A DNA stretch of 64,000 nucleotides from Bdellovibrionales bacterium (GTDB lineage: Bacteria > Bdellovibrionota > Bdellovibrionia > Bdellovibrionales > UBA1609). A program made the translations under genes and the position numbers. Shown here piece by piece: positions 30,122 to 39,792 of this stretch (its first letter is position 1; each line of letters starts with the position of its first letter). The stretch covers positions 32,001 through 96,000 of the forward strand of contig DAHVQG010000004.1 in NCBI GenBank assembly GCA_027317865.1, given 5' to 3'. The notes beneath the pieces were generated by a model. That model had not been told where the DNA came from and did not search any database. It saw nothing but the letters and a program-made list of their open reading frames with translations.

Positions 30122-31662
30122 AAGCTACGTCTCCGATACCAGAAAAAGCCGCTTAAGATGATAAAGAAAAGCGGCAATCCGAGACCCGACAATAAAAATA
30201 TAATTTGGTTGGTAGACGTCAGTTCAAGCGGCGTGGCCGTGGGTGTTCGAGGTCGAATCGAAATATTGGTCAAATCGTCGGCAAGCCACGCGACCGAGTT
30301 CATCGCTAAATCTTGATTCGCGCCAAAGCGAAAAAATGAATTATCGGTAAAATCGCTATCGCCAAACACCACCGCCTCAAAATTCTTTTGATATGTTGTG
30401 GGTGTTTTTGCACCCGAATCCAACTGGCCATGCGCTGCAACGGCTAGTGTAACAACTCTGTGCTGTGGGTTTGCCATAGGTTTCGGATTATTGCTCACGT
30501 AGGCTTCGGGTGATGTTTTCACAATAGGCGTGAGCGTCAACCCCGACGGCGCATTGTGCATGGGCGTCACTTCGCTCGCAACTAAGAATATTGAACCCAT
30601 AACTCGCCCGCCAATATAAAACTTCTTGGTGATTGGGTTGTTGCGGTCGTATTCAGCGCCAAGTGCGGCAAGCGGCCCTAATTCGTTGAGTTGTTCAAAT
30701 TCGTTAATCACGTAGTTATTGTGAAATTCGATTCCAAAAGCGTTCGTCAATTGTGCGAGATTATCTTGCGTACCCGGGTCAATACAAATCATGAGCCGGC
30801 CACCGGCCATTGCAAACTTGCGTAATTCACCGATTTCAGCGGGGAGATAAGGACTGGTCGGGCCATCAATCACCACGACGCCTGGTGGAGTGGGCAATTT
30901 ATCGCCTTTCATCAGATCAATTTGCGCTACTTTATAACCTTCGTTACGAAGCTCTTTGGCAAACCCACTGATATTACCACTTTGATTGCCGTCGATACTG
31001 CGCTCACCGTGACCCGTTAAGAAGTAAATCGTTTTTTGTTGTTTTGCTTCAACACGCAAAATTGCCGAAGTCGTTTGTTGCTCGCCATAGGGAGCATTAA
31101 TTTCAACACGCCGGCCTTCGTAATCGGCAATAACCGCAAACTGCTGATGTTCAAGATATTGTCGAGCTAAACTCGGGTGAGTGAGCGCGTTAACAAATTT
31201 CAATTTAACTTTACCGCTTGCGTCCAAATACTTTTCGAAATTCGCCCGTAGCTGAACGCGCAGCTGCTGATTTTCTCCGCTACGATAAAATACCAAAAGA
31301 TTTAAATCGTGTTTGAGGTGCGCCAATGCCGTAAGCGATTGGTCTGAAAGCGTGTTGATTTTGTTCCGGGTCATATCGAAGGTGTGATCAAATTGCACAC
31401 CCAAAAAATTGACCGCAACGATCAGAATAAACGCGAGGAGAATTATCACTCCCATATTCATCCCGTGCTTCGTCGTTTTCATCGTGAAAAATTCAAGATA
31501 GAATTTATAATCGACGATCAGAGCAAGGACGATGGCCGCAAGGCCCAAAAAAAATGGAATGTACAAATAATCGATCCACCCTTGCAGAATAAGCCGGGCC
31601 ACCAACATAATAAGAAGCGAAAGCCCGCCGACGAGATAACTGATTTTGCCCCACTTGCTCAT
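30118..31662 (-). CDS. GldG-like ABC transporter auxiliary protein
   Basis: DMTRNKINTLS, IYFLTGHGE, GGRLMICIDP, VVFGDSDF, NQDLAMNSVAWL, C-terminal TM followed by RRR. Confidence 0.85.
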   Translation of the reverse strand: MSKWGKISYLVGGLSLLIMLVARLILQGWIDYLYIPFFLGLAAIVLALIVDYKFYLEFFTMKTTKHGMNMGVIILLAFILIVAVNFLGVQFDHTFDMTRNKINTLSDQSLTALAHLKHDLNLLVFYRSGENQQLRVQLRANFEKYLDASGKVKLKFVNALTHPSLARQYLEHQQFAVIADYEGRRVEINAPYGEQQTTSAILRVEAKQQKTIYFLTGHGERSIDGNQSGNISGFAKELRNEGYKVAQIDLMKGDKLPTPPGVVVIDGPTSPYLPAEIGELRKFAMAGGRLMICIDPGTQDNLAQLTNAFGIEFHNNYVINEFEQLNELGPLAALGAEYDRNNPITKKFYIGGRVMGSIFLVASEVTPMHNAPSGLTLTPIVKTSPEAYVSNNPKPMANPQHRVVTLAVAAHGQLDSGAKTPTTYQKNFEAVVFGDSDFTDNSFFRFGANQDLAMNSVAWLADDLTNISIRPRTPTATPLELTSTNQIIFLLSGLGLPLFFIILSGFFWYRRRSL

Positions 31663-31665
31663 GAA

Positions 31666-32436
31666 TTACCTCCAACGAGACGATTCAACGACACGTTGAC
31701 TTAAAAACACAAAGAACGCTGTTGATGAAATGAAAAATACGCAGGAACTGACTTTGATCATTCCTTTTAAGAAATTCACTAGATGTTGACCGACTGAAAT
31801 ATACGTCGCAAACGACGACCACCACTGTATGCTCGAACCCGCACCCGTTTGGCCGATAAACCAAATCAAAAGGTTAAAAACAACGCCCATAAACACCGCG
31901 AGCATAGCCGACTCCGTTAGAGACGACGCAAATAAACCGGCCGCCGAATAAAGACCAGTTAAAAGCCAAATCCCTAAGTACAATACCAAAAGAGTTACCC
32001 AATCGAATTTTGCAAAAAGCCGTGTAAAGGCCGGATATAAAAATGAAATAAACAGCAAAACTGTTGCAATCCCAAATCCGGCTAAAAATTTGCCAATCGC
32101 AATTTCAGTCGAGCTCACGGGAGACGTTAGAAGCAAATCGTACGTGTGAACTTTCTTCTCTTCGGACAAAAGACGCATGGTCAACGCCGGGAGCGTAAAA
32201 ATCAATACCAGGTTCACAACCGAAATATGTTGAACAAATACTGTTGTCATGAGGCTTTGCCCGTGCCCCCCTTGCATCATCGACATCATTCCTTGCTCGG
32301 CAAACTGTTGAAGAAATGTGCGATACATGATCGTCCAAACCAGAGTACAAAGGAAGGCAATCAAAAAGAATAGTGGGCTTGTGACCACCTGCTTAAAGTC
32401 TTTGCGGGCGATAAGATAAATCTTTCGCATGTCCAA
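31666..32436 (-). CDS. ABC-2 permease, GldF-like
   Basis: PALTMRLLSEEKK...LLLTSP...GKF; six TMs; ends ESSRWR. Confidence 0.88.
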   Translation of the reverse strand: MDMRKIYLIARKDFKQVVTSPLFFLIAFLCTLVWTIMYRTFLQQFAEQGMMSMMQGGHGQSLMTTVFVQHISVVNLVLIFTLPALTMRLLSEEKKVHTYDLLLTSPVSSTEIAIGKFLAGFGIATVLLFISFLYPAFTRLFAKFDWVTLLVLYLGIWLLTGLYSAAGLFASSLTESAMLAVFMGVVFNLLIWFIGQTGAGSSIQWWSSFATYISVGQHLVNFLKGMIKVSSCVFFISSTAFFVFLSQRVVESSRWR

Positions 32437-32462
32437 CGCTCCTTATTCCTAAAGGGTGTCCC

Positions 32463-33398
32463 CTAATGTTGCGATGTAAGCTCAATAAAAATATTTTCGA
32501 GACCGGCATCGGGTTGGGTCAGTTCGACAAGCCCCGCACGCTGGTTAACCGCCGCTTCAGCAATGGCTTCAAGGCTATCCTCGCTCATGTTCCCTTGAAC
32601 GCGAATTTGCGTGCCGGACATATTCACATCCGTGACACCGGATACGCTTCGCAATGCTTCGGCCAGATTCGAAACATTTCTCCGTACGCGGATATAAACT
32701 TGGCTGTTGCCACGCAAACGCTGAGTCAACCCACTTAAAGTATCTTCAGCCACAATTTTACCGCTATTGATGATAATGGCGCGATCGCACGTCGCCTGAA
32801 CTTCAGATAGAATATGCGTCGACAATATAATGGTGTGACTGCCACGCAATTCCTGCAAAAGATTTCGTATCTCCGCTACTTGCCGCGGATCAAGGCCCAC
32901 TGTCGGCTCGTCGAGGATCAAAATCTCAGGATCACTCACGATCGCTTGCGCCAACCCCACGCGTTGTCGATATCCTTTTGATAAATTTTGAATCAAACGC
33001 TTTCGGACATCGGTGAGCTGAGTTCGCTCCAAAGCCCGGGTTACCAAACCCGCTACGCGAGAGTTGTCTACACCCTTAAGGCGCGCGACGAAATCGAGAT
33101 AATCGCTCACGATCATGTCGCCATACAGAGGCGGCGTCTCGGGCAAATAGCCGATCCGCTTTTTAACCTCAAAGGGATCTTCAAATACATCGTATCCTGC
33201 GATTTCGACCTTTCCGGATGTCGGCGCCATGAAACCGGTGATGATTTTCATCGTCGTAGTTTTACCGGCGCCGTTTGGGCCGAGAAAACCAACCACTTCG
33301 CCTTTTTTAACAGAAAAATTGAGGCGATCGATGGCTCGACGTTCACCGTAGTTTTTGGTCAAATCGTGAATTTCGATCATGCTCGTTGTACCACTCAT
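32463..33398 (-). CDS. ABC ATP-binding protein, GldA-like
   Basis: GPNGAGKTT, LSKGYRQRVG, LILDEPT, STH. Confidence 0.92.
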   Translation of the reverse strand: MSGTTSMIEIHDLTKNYGERRAIDRLNFSVKKGEVVGFLGPNGAGKTTTMKIITGFMAPTSGKVEIAGYDVFEDPFEVKKRIGYLPETPPLYGDMIVSDYLDFVARLKGVDNSRVAGLVTRALERTQLTDVRKRLIQNLSKGYRQRVGLAQAIVSDPEILILDEPTVGLDPRQVAEIRNLLQELRGSHTIILSTHILSEVQATCDRAIIINSGKIVAEDTLSGLTQRLRGNSQVYIRVRRNVSNLAEALRSVSGVTDVNMSGTQIRVQGNMSEDSLEAIAEAAVNQRAGLVELTQPDAGLENIFIELTSQH

Positions 33399-33435
33399 GT
33401 TGTACCTCGTCGGGTATGATCATTAAAAACTCTAA

Positions 33436-34710
33436 CTATAAGCCGCTATCGTCAACTCTTTTGTAACCGCGCAAAACAAATTGGTGGATGAACGTGCGCG
33501 CATTTGAATAGTTGACTCGCCCGACACGATCGCCTTTGATAGGCCGCACATATCGACACTCTGCTACTAAAATGTCGAATTTGTCGCCTGAATGCCGTGA
33601 CGCCTTATCGCCAAATTGGGTTCTTAATAAGCACTGTGCGCACTCATGTAAATCTGAATCAGTCACGTGGTCGCCCTTGTTTATTTGAAGAATTCCGTGA
33701 CTCCCCGGATAGTCTTTTAAATGCAGCCATAAATGCCAAGGCCGGGCTGCTCGCAAAAGCCTTAGGTTGTCAGCGGCCGATTTGCCAACAAAAAACTGAA
33801 ATGAACGAATCGTAAACGTCCGCCCGCGAGATTGCGCTTGTGCTAACAACGTTTTACGCTCACGATTTGAATTTGAATCGCGGCGCTTTGATTCGAATTC
33901 GATTGCGGCGGAAGGTAACACCGCAGTTGAATCGATCCGGGCCATCTCTGATTTCAGTTCGCGAATTTGTGTTTCAATTTCGTCACGTCTTTTTTTTGTC
34001 CCGATTATTTTGGAGCGAAGTTGTTTGGCCTTTTCAAAACAATGGTTCAAATTCCACGAAAATGACTGTTTTATGTCGAGGCAACCGGCGACTTCTACGG
34101 GAGCGCCTTGCAATGTCTGCGCACTTAAAAGCCACTGGCCGGCTTGCGTCCATAGTTCATCGCGCTTACGCGAAAGCTCTTCGCTCACCTTCTCGAGTGT
34201 TCGCTCGAGTTTTAATAGACGCCTTTTCAGATCGTCTTGCACGCTTGACGCTTTAGCGGTCTTTAGCCGCACAAGTTTTAGCGAGACCGCTTTGGCCTCA
34301 GCGAACGCCGTTATCTGTGGCCCATCTGACCGAATGCGAATTTCAATCACCCGTTCTTGCGAAAAATATAGCCGGGCAGCTGCGGTCGCGTCTACATCGA
34401 CGTATTCGACATCAACAACCGAACCGCCCATGAAATGCGAACGCAAAAATAAAATAAGCGGCTTCGTTACTGAACGAACGTTTGAGTTTGGTTTTTCATC
34501 AAGCAACTTAAGTTGAGACGCAAAATCGGTTCGCGCATTTTTTGCGGGTGCGGCCTCGATTTCGAGCCATAATTTCCGGCCGCGCTCTAAACGGGGCGAA
34601 TTTTCGCCCGACTGATCAAATCCATAAAATTCGAAAAGAAGGCGGTTTGAACCGTAGAGCTCAACTCCTTGCAGACGAGCTGATCGCAAATTTTCAAGTG
34701 CCTTAAGCAT
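33436..34710 (-). CDS. NFACT (RqcH/FbpA-like) protein with NFACT-R domain
   Basis: Coiled coil followed by VGKSAADN...WLHLKDYPGSH; start uncertain (34710-34773). Confidence 0.75.
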   Translation of the reverse strand: MLKALENLRSARLQGVELYGSNRLLFEFYGFDQSGENSPRLERGRKLWLEIEAAPAKNARTDFASQLKLLDEKPNSNVRSVTKPLILFLRSHFMGGSVVDVEYVDVDATAAARLYFSQERVIEIRIRSDGPQITAFAEAKAVSLKLVRLKTAKASSVQDDLKRRLLKLERTLEKVSEELSRKRDELWTQAGQWLLSAQTLQGAPVEVAGCLDIKQSFSWNLNHCFEKAKQLRSKIIGTKKRRDEIETQIRELKSEMARIDSTAVLPSAAIEFESKRRDSNSNRERKTLLAQAQSRGRTFTIRSFQFFVGKSAADNLRLLRAARPWHLWLHLKDYPGSHGILQINKGDHVTDSDLHECAQCLLRTQFGDKASRHSGDKFDILVAECRYVRPIKGDRVGRVNYSNARTFIHQFVLRGYKRVDDSGL

Positions 34711-34757
34711 AGGTTCAATTGTATGCTGAAATGCGTACAGCTCCAACAAGAGCCTAT

Positions 34758-36233
34758 TTACTCCAGCACGCAACCTTTTTCAGACGAAACATATTTCGCG
34801 TCAGCGTGTAAGAATAGTGACAACCACGGGATCACCGCGCGCGTTCGCTTTTGCGCCCAATCGATTTCAAGCTTCGCCATCGGAACCTGTGGAACATAAG
34901 AGAAATTGCGGCAGCGGGCCGCCGAACTTTTCGAAACAAAAAGGCAACTGCAAGCCATTTTTGACATGTACCCAAGAGCCAAAGGAGCCGCCTTCAACCG
35001 CCAAAGCAAGCTCGATGGCTGCAACTTTGAAGGTTTCGCGACGCGTGGAACGTACTTTTTTACGATAACCGGTTCGCCTCGTACAAGACGAACGGTCTGT
35101 TTAATATAATTGCCAATCGGAAACGAATCATCGCGCGTGTCGCCGATTCGAACCGCGATCAAATGCAGGGACGGAATAACGACCAAATATTGACCCCAGT
35201 GGCCAATTGTCGCAACCGTATCCGGCGGCGCAAACGGCCATGGCGCCGGTACATTCAATGCGCTCGACTCTTTGCCAATAGCGGGCTTGTTTATCCAAAG
35301 CGTCGCACCCGAAACATCATGTATATGCGGATCGGCCGGCCGGCGCATGGTAAATGCCGGCGGAATAGTTTCCATAAAATCAATAAAATGTGGGTCAACC
35401 AACCGCTTGCCGTTAATCTTGCCGTGATCCAAAAAAATCTGCCCAAGGCGAGCCAAATCGCGCGCCGAACTATAAAAATAAAACGCTCCGCCGATCGTTC
35501 CCGAAAGATCCGACTCCCAAATCCAATGCTTCATCCCGAGCGGGGCGAACAATTTTTGGCGAAAAACCGAGCGTATATTTTGACCGGCATAGACTTTTTG
35601 TAAAATATTAGCCGCAAGTAACGAGTCGCCGCTTGAATAGCGCCATGACGTACCGGGTTTAATGCCCGGCTCTAGCGGATGACCTAAAACGTATGCCGCC
35701 ATGTCGCGATGTCCGACCCCGTACAACATGGCAATTACCGACGAAGCCAATATGTTGCCTTTTTCGTAAATTTCGTTCCATTTGAGTCCGCTTGACCACT
35801 GCAACAGATCCCCGACCGTGATGCCGCACTGGCCGGGTTGTATCGCCGTGACGTATTTGCAAATCGAATCGCTCAAATTCACCCGATGCTCTTTAAGCGC
35901 GACGCCATACAGTAGAGCCATAACGGTCTTCGACGTTGACCACATGATGTGCTTTTTGTCTTTGTTATAGCCGCGTGCGTACTGTTCAAATACGGTGCGA
36001 CCGTTTACAATAACAATCGCGCCATCGGTACGTTTACCCTGCCGCCGCGAGGGGTTTAGCGATGTCGGGGCGATCGAATTTTGGGCAAATAAAAACCGTT
36101 GGTATGCAGTCAAATTTTGAGCTGAAATTTTCTCCGCTCGAGCTTTCGATACAAAACCAAAGGTGGCCGCGCTCACAATGACGCAAAATAGTAATGCGAC
36201 GCTTTTTTGATACAAGTTTGGCCCCCCATTCAC
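34758..36233 (-). CDS. Exported serine hydrolase (beta-lactamase/AmpC-like)
   Basis: Signal peptide, WSTSKT (SxxK), YSSG, LARLGQ, GHWGQ. Confidence 0.88.
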   Translation of the reverse strand: MNGGPNLYQKSVALLFCVIVSAATFGFVSKARAEKISAQNLTAYQRFLFAQNSIAPTSLNPSRRQGKRTDGAIVIVNGRTVFEQYARGYNKDKKHIMWSTSKTVMALLYGVALKEHRVNLSDSICKYVTAIQPGQCGITVGDLLQWSSGLKWNEIYEKGNILASSVIAMLYGVGHRDMAAYVLGHPLEPGIKPGTSWRYSSGDSLLAANILQKVYAGQNIRSVFRQKLFAPLGMKHWIWESDLSGTIGGAFYFYSSARDLARLGQIFLDHGKINGKRLVDPHFIDFMETIPPAFTMRRPADPHIHDVSGATLWINKPAIGKESSALNVPAPWPFAPPDTVATIGHWGQYLVVIPSLHLIAVRIGDTRDDSFPIGNYIKQTVRLVRGEPVIVKKYVPRVAKPSKLQPSSLLWRLKAAPLALGYMSKMACSCLFVSKSSAARCRNFSYVPQVPMAKLEIDWAQKRTRAVIPWLSLFLHADAKYVSSEKGCVLE

Positions 36234-36245
36234 GACAAACAGCCT

Positions 36246-36743
36246 TTATTTGTACTGAATATTCACTATTTCAACAACCGATTCGCCGGCCGGCCGCTTG
36301 ATTACAACTTCATCACCTTCTCGCTTGCCCAAAAGAGCTCTGGCCAAAGGTGATTGCCATGAAATTTGGCCCGCTTCGGGAGCGATTTCGTCTAAACCCA
36401 CGATCGTATAAGTTTTTTTACCGCCTTCTTCATTTTCAACAGTAACAGTTGCGCCAAATAGGACGCGATCACCCGATTGATTTTTGGGATCGACAACCTG
36501 CGCGTCTTCGATTTTTTTCGTTAGCTGCCCAATTCGCCGGTCAATTTCGCGCAAACGACGCTTGCCGTAAATGTAATCCGCATTTTCGCTCCGGTCACCG
36601 TTACTCGCCGCCCAGGCAACAGTTGCCACAACGGATGGACGTTCATTGTTAATTAAACCGCGCAGCTCATCTTTGAGCTTCTGTAACCCTCTCGGAGTAA
36701 TATAGTTGGGCGATAACGGTTTTACAGATGGCGATTGCTTCAT
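36246..36743 (-). CDS. greB: Transcription elongation factor GreB
   Basis: NYITPRG, WAASNGDRSENADYIYGKRRLREIDRR, ISWQSPLARAL. Confidence 0.96.
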   Translation of the reverse strand: MKQSPSVKPLSPNYITPRGLQKLKDELRGLINNERPSVVATVAWAASNGDRSENADYIYGKRRLREIDRRIGQLTKKIEDAQVVDPKNQSGDRVLFGATVTVENEEGGKKTYTIVGLDEIAPEAGQISWQSPLARALLGKREGDEVVIKRPAGESVVEIVNIQYK

Positions 36744-36805
36744 TGAACTCCATTACATAATCGTCGATTGACAGATTTTATGCCAAATTTTTAATTGCCT
36801 AGATA

Positions 36806-37879
36806 GTGAAAATCAACACTCTTTCCAACCATTTTCAATCTGATCATTTTGACGGCCGTCATTTTCATAACCCTGACGGCAGCTGCTGCCAAAAAGCGAG
36901 CGAATGGCTCCGTTGGATGCTCACAGAACCAAAAGCACAGTGGCCGCCCCAAGTGCCCAATTTAATTAAGCCGCAAATTTTTGATCGTGCGCCTGGCCAT
37001 AAGCCGCTCGTCACTTTTGTTTTGCACGCCTGCTTTTTGATACAATGGCACGGACTCAATATTCTGATCGACCCCATTTATTCTCGACGATGCAGCCCCG
37101 TTCCGTTTTGTGGGCCCGCGCGCGTACGTGAACCTGCTGTTGAATTCGATAAACTCCCGCCGATCGATTTTGTTCTCATCAGTCACAATCACTACGACCA
37201 TTTAGACGGCAACACCGTTCGCCGTTTGGAAGCCGCCCACGCTCCACAATTTATTTGCGGATTAGGCGACAGATCGCTGCTTAAAAAATTCGGAGCAAAA
37301 CAAATCACGGAACTCGATTGGTGGCAATCAGCCCCACTATTCGGCGCGCTCAAAGTTACATTCACTCAAGCGCAGCACTGGTCCGGACGCGGTTGGTTTG
37401 ATCATATGAAGTCGCTGTGGGGCGGATTTTTTATTGAAAATTCGGACTGCCGCATTTATTTCGCCGGCGACACGGGATATGGACCGCACTTTAGGACTAT
37501 CCGCGAGCGCCTAGGGATTCCCGACTTGTCGCTTTTACCGGTCGGGGCGTATAAACCTCGCTGGTTTATGCGGGAGCATCACATGGACCCCGAAGATGCC
37601 GTTCATGCCCATCTCGATTTGCAATCTCGCCTTTCTGTCGGAATGCATTTCGGTTCATTTCAACTATCAAACGAAGGTGTCGATGCTCCCCGCGAAGATT
37701 TGGCCCGCGCACGTACATTAATGGGAATTCCCGAAAACAAATTTCGGATAATTGAATTTGGCCAAACCATCACGGTTGAACCGGTTCGTATGCCCATGGT
37801 CAAGACCGCTGATACGCCGGCAATTAAACCTACCGTCAAAATTGATAGAGAAACTCAACCGATTTATCAATCGCTTTAG
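36806..37879 (+). CDS. Metallo-beta-lactamase-fold hydrolase (NAPE-PLD/RomA-like)
   Basis: LIDP, SHNHYDHLD, QHWSGR, YFAGDTGY, HMDPE, MHFGSF. Confidence 0.88.
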   Translation: MKINTLSNHFQSDHFDGRHFHNPDGSCCQKASEWLRWMLTEPKAQWPPQVPNLIKPQIFDRAPGHKPLVTFVLHACFLIQWHGLNILIDPIYSRRCSPVPFCGPARVREPAVEFDKLPPIDFVLISHNHYDHLDGNTVRRLEAAHAPQFICGLGDRSLLKKFGAKQITELDWWQSAPLFGALKVTFTQAQHWSGRGWFDHMKSLWGGFFIENSDCRIYFAGDTGYGPHFRTIRERLGIPDLSLLPVGAYKPRWFMREHHMDPEDAVHAHLDLQSRLSVGMHFGSFQLSNEGVDAPREDLARARTLMGIPENKFRIIEFGQTITVEPVRMPMVKTADTPAIKPTVKIDRETQPIYQSL

Positions 37880-38498
37880 GCCGCTGATTCTTATCTGCCA
37901 TTAGGTTAGAAAATTCCGAGTTGCCGAAGTAAATCTTCTTATTGTCTTTAACCATAACATCGTAAGTACGCTGACCACGCGAAATAGATTGCCCCCGACA
38001 CGGATGCCCGGTGACCTCTTTTTTTTCGCCAATTTGCCAATCGTCCCGATTACAATAGTGCGTCTCATTAAATTTTAGCGCTGTCGCTTGCGCGACTGGG
38101 GTTTCAAAAAAGCGGTTAATTATAAAATCAATTTTATATAGGTCGTGATTCGCAACCCGCTCAAGGCCCGTAATTTCGTAATTCCCCGAAAACGACCGGA
38201 TCTCTTCGAGCCCATCCATTAGACAATCTCTGTCAGAAAAAATATGTTGATCGCGTGTCCACGCATTATTTCTTGAGAAAAGAAGTGTATCTTCTACGTA
38301 GGTTCCATCTCCGATCTTATGACATTCGGCAAACCATTTACCTTTAAGTTTTATTTCGGGGTAAATCCTCTTTTGGGTGGTCTCGCTCAGTAATGCCCAT
38401 TTTTGTTGCTTATAGCCCGCGATCGCATTGGCCGCAACAATGAGCAAAAAGGCGCACAGTATTCTCCAACTGAACTTGTCGTCTAAATTCGCGTACAC
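37836..38498 (-). CDS. Exported hypothetical protein (beta-rich, paired Cys)
   Basis: Hydrophobic segment ILCAFLLIVAANAIAG, then GKWFAEC...; upstream extension overlaps dksA and is likely spurious; start approximate. Confidence 0.55.
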   Translation of the reverse strand: MYANLDDKFSWRILCAFLLIVAANAIAGYKQQKWALLSETTQKRIYPEIKLKGKWFAECHKIGDGTYVEDTLLFSRNNAWTRDQHIFSDRDCLMDGLEEIRSFSGNYEITGLERVANHDLYKIDFIINRFFETPVAQATALKFNETHYCNRDDWQIGEKKEVTGHPCRGQSISRGQRTYDVMVKDNKKIYFGNSEFSNLMADKNQRPKAIDKSVEFLYQF

Positions 38499-38666
38499 GT
38501 TTTGCCTCCCACTTGTGTGCAACGCTTTTGAATTGCAAATGCCGCTCCATGAGCCTTTGAACCGAAATTGGGGTGGGGGCGCGGAATTAATCCTCGCTCG
38601 CGGCGGGTTTTGTACGTTTAAAATAAGCTCACGCTGGTACAACCATTGCACTGTCTCGGAGCAACT

Positions 38667-39053
38667 ATGATTGATCTGGATGAGCAAAGGCGATTTCTTG
38701 AAAAACGCCGAAATGACATTTTGTCGCAAGAAAAATCCATCCGCACACAAGCGCTCGGGGAGCTTTCTCCTGAACAAACCGGCGAGATATCGGGCGCCCG
38801 TCTGCACCCCGCCGATTTGGGTTCCGACACACAAGAAATCGAAACTCTCGAAACGCTTTCAGAACGAAATATTCAAACATTACGCGATATTGACGACGCG
38901 TTTGAACGAATCGAAAGCGGCACATACGGCATTTGCGCGTCTTGCGGTAATACCATTGCCGCTGCCCGTCTTAAAATCTTACCCGAAACCCGTTTGTGCC
39001 AACAGTGTGAAATTCGATTGGAACAGTTGCCTTCGAAATCCCCGTTGGGGTAA
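38667..39053 (+). CDS. DksA/TraR C4 zinc-finger protein
   Basis: HPADLGSD, IDDAFERIESGTYGICASCG..I..ARL..LP..RLC..C. Confidence 0.9.
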   Translation: MIDLDEQRRFLEKRRNDILSQEKSIRTQALGELSPEQTGEISGARLHPADLGSDTQEIETLETLSERNIQTLRDIDDAFERIESGTYGICASCGNTIAAARLKILPETRLCQQCEIRLEQLPSKSPLG

Positions 39054-39080
39054 GAAATGCCAAACCGAAAAGGGGGGATT

Positions 39081-39779
39081 ATGAAAACATTAGTACTCGG
39101 GCTTTTACTCGCGTTAGCTTATCAGCCCTGCGCTCAAGCGCTACAGTTTCAATTAGCACCGCCGTGCGGACGACACGCGTCTGTTGGCGAAGTTTGTTCA
39201 CTGCCAATTCTTGCATTGCATCCGACGCAATTTACACTTGGGATGATCGAAGTCCGAGCCCGCGCAGCGCAATTCGAAAGAAAAAAACCGGCGAAATTCG
39301 CGAAATACATGAAAAAGCATAACGTACCGGTCGTCATCGGTCCGGACGGCGTCTTTTATATGACCGATCACCACCACTTGTCCCGCGCGCTATATGAAGA
39401 CGGCGTCCGAACAGTCAATGCGCAAGTGACACACGACTGGTCGAATTTGAACAGGGCGCAGTTTTGGTCCCGGATGGAGTCAACAAAGCAAGTTTATCTC
39501 TATGAAGATGGCCGCGGACCGCTTTCACCGAGCGAACTTCCGAATAACATCTTACAGTTAAAAAATGACTACTACCGCAGTTTAGCTTGGGCCGTGTGTT
39601 CCCAAACGAAAGCATTCAAAAAAGAAAAGGTCCTCTTTTTTAGTTTTTATTGGGCCAATTTTTTCAGAGCGCGCATACCGGATTCACTCGTTCGCAATCA
39701 TTTTGAACAGGCGGTACAGTTAGGCGCTCAATTAGCACGTTCACCAGCGGCAAAAGGAATGCCCGGCTATCGCGGCTAA
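39081..39779 (+). CDS. ParB/Srx-like (ParBc_2-type) protein with signal peptide
   Basis: MKTLVLGLLLALAYQPCAQA; LHPTQ, VPVVIGP, YMTDHHHLSRA, LKNDYYRSLAW, FYWANFFR. Confidence 0.78.
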   Translation: MKTLVLGLLLALAYQPCAQALQFQLAPPCGRHASVGEVCSLPILALHPTQFTLGMIEVRARAAQFERKKPAKFAKYMKKHNVPVVIGPDGVFYMTDHHHLSRALYEDGVRTVNAQVTHDWSNLNRAQFWSRMESTKQVYLYEDGRGPLSPSELPNNILQLKNDYYRSLAWAVCSQTKAFKKEKVLFFSFYWANFFRARIPDSLVRNHFEQAVQLGAQLARSPAAKGMPGYRG

Positions 39780-39792
39780 GATTTTCAAGCCA

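Noticed and set aside
38499-38834. N-terminal extension of ORF 37836..38834
   Set aside because: Overlaps dksA on the opposite strand; the signal-like segment begins near 38498.
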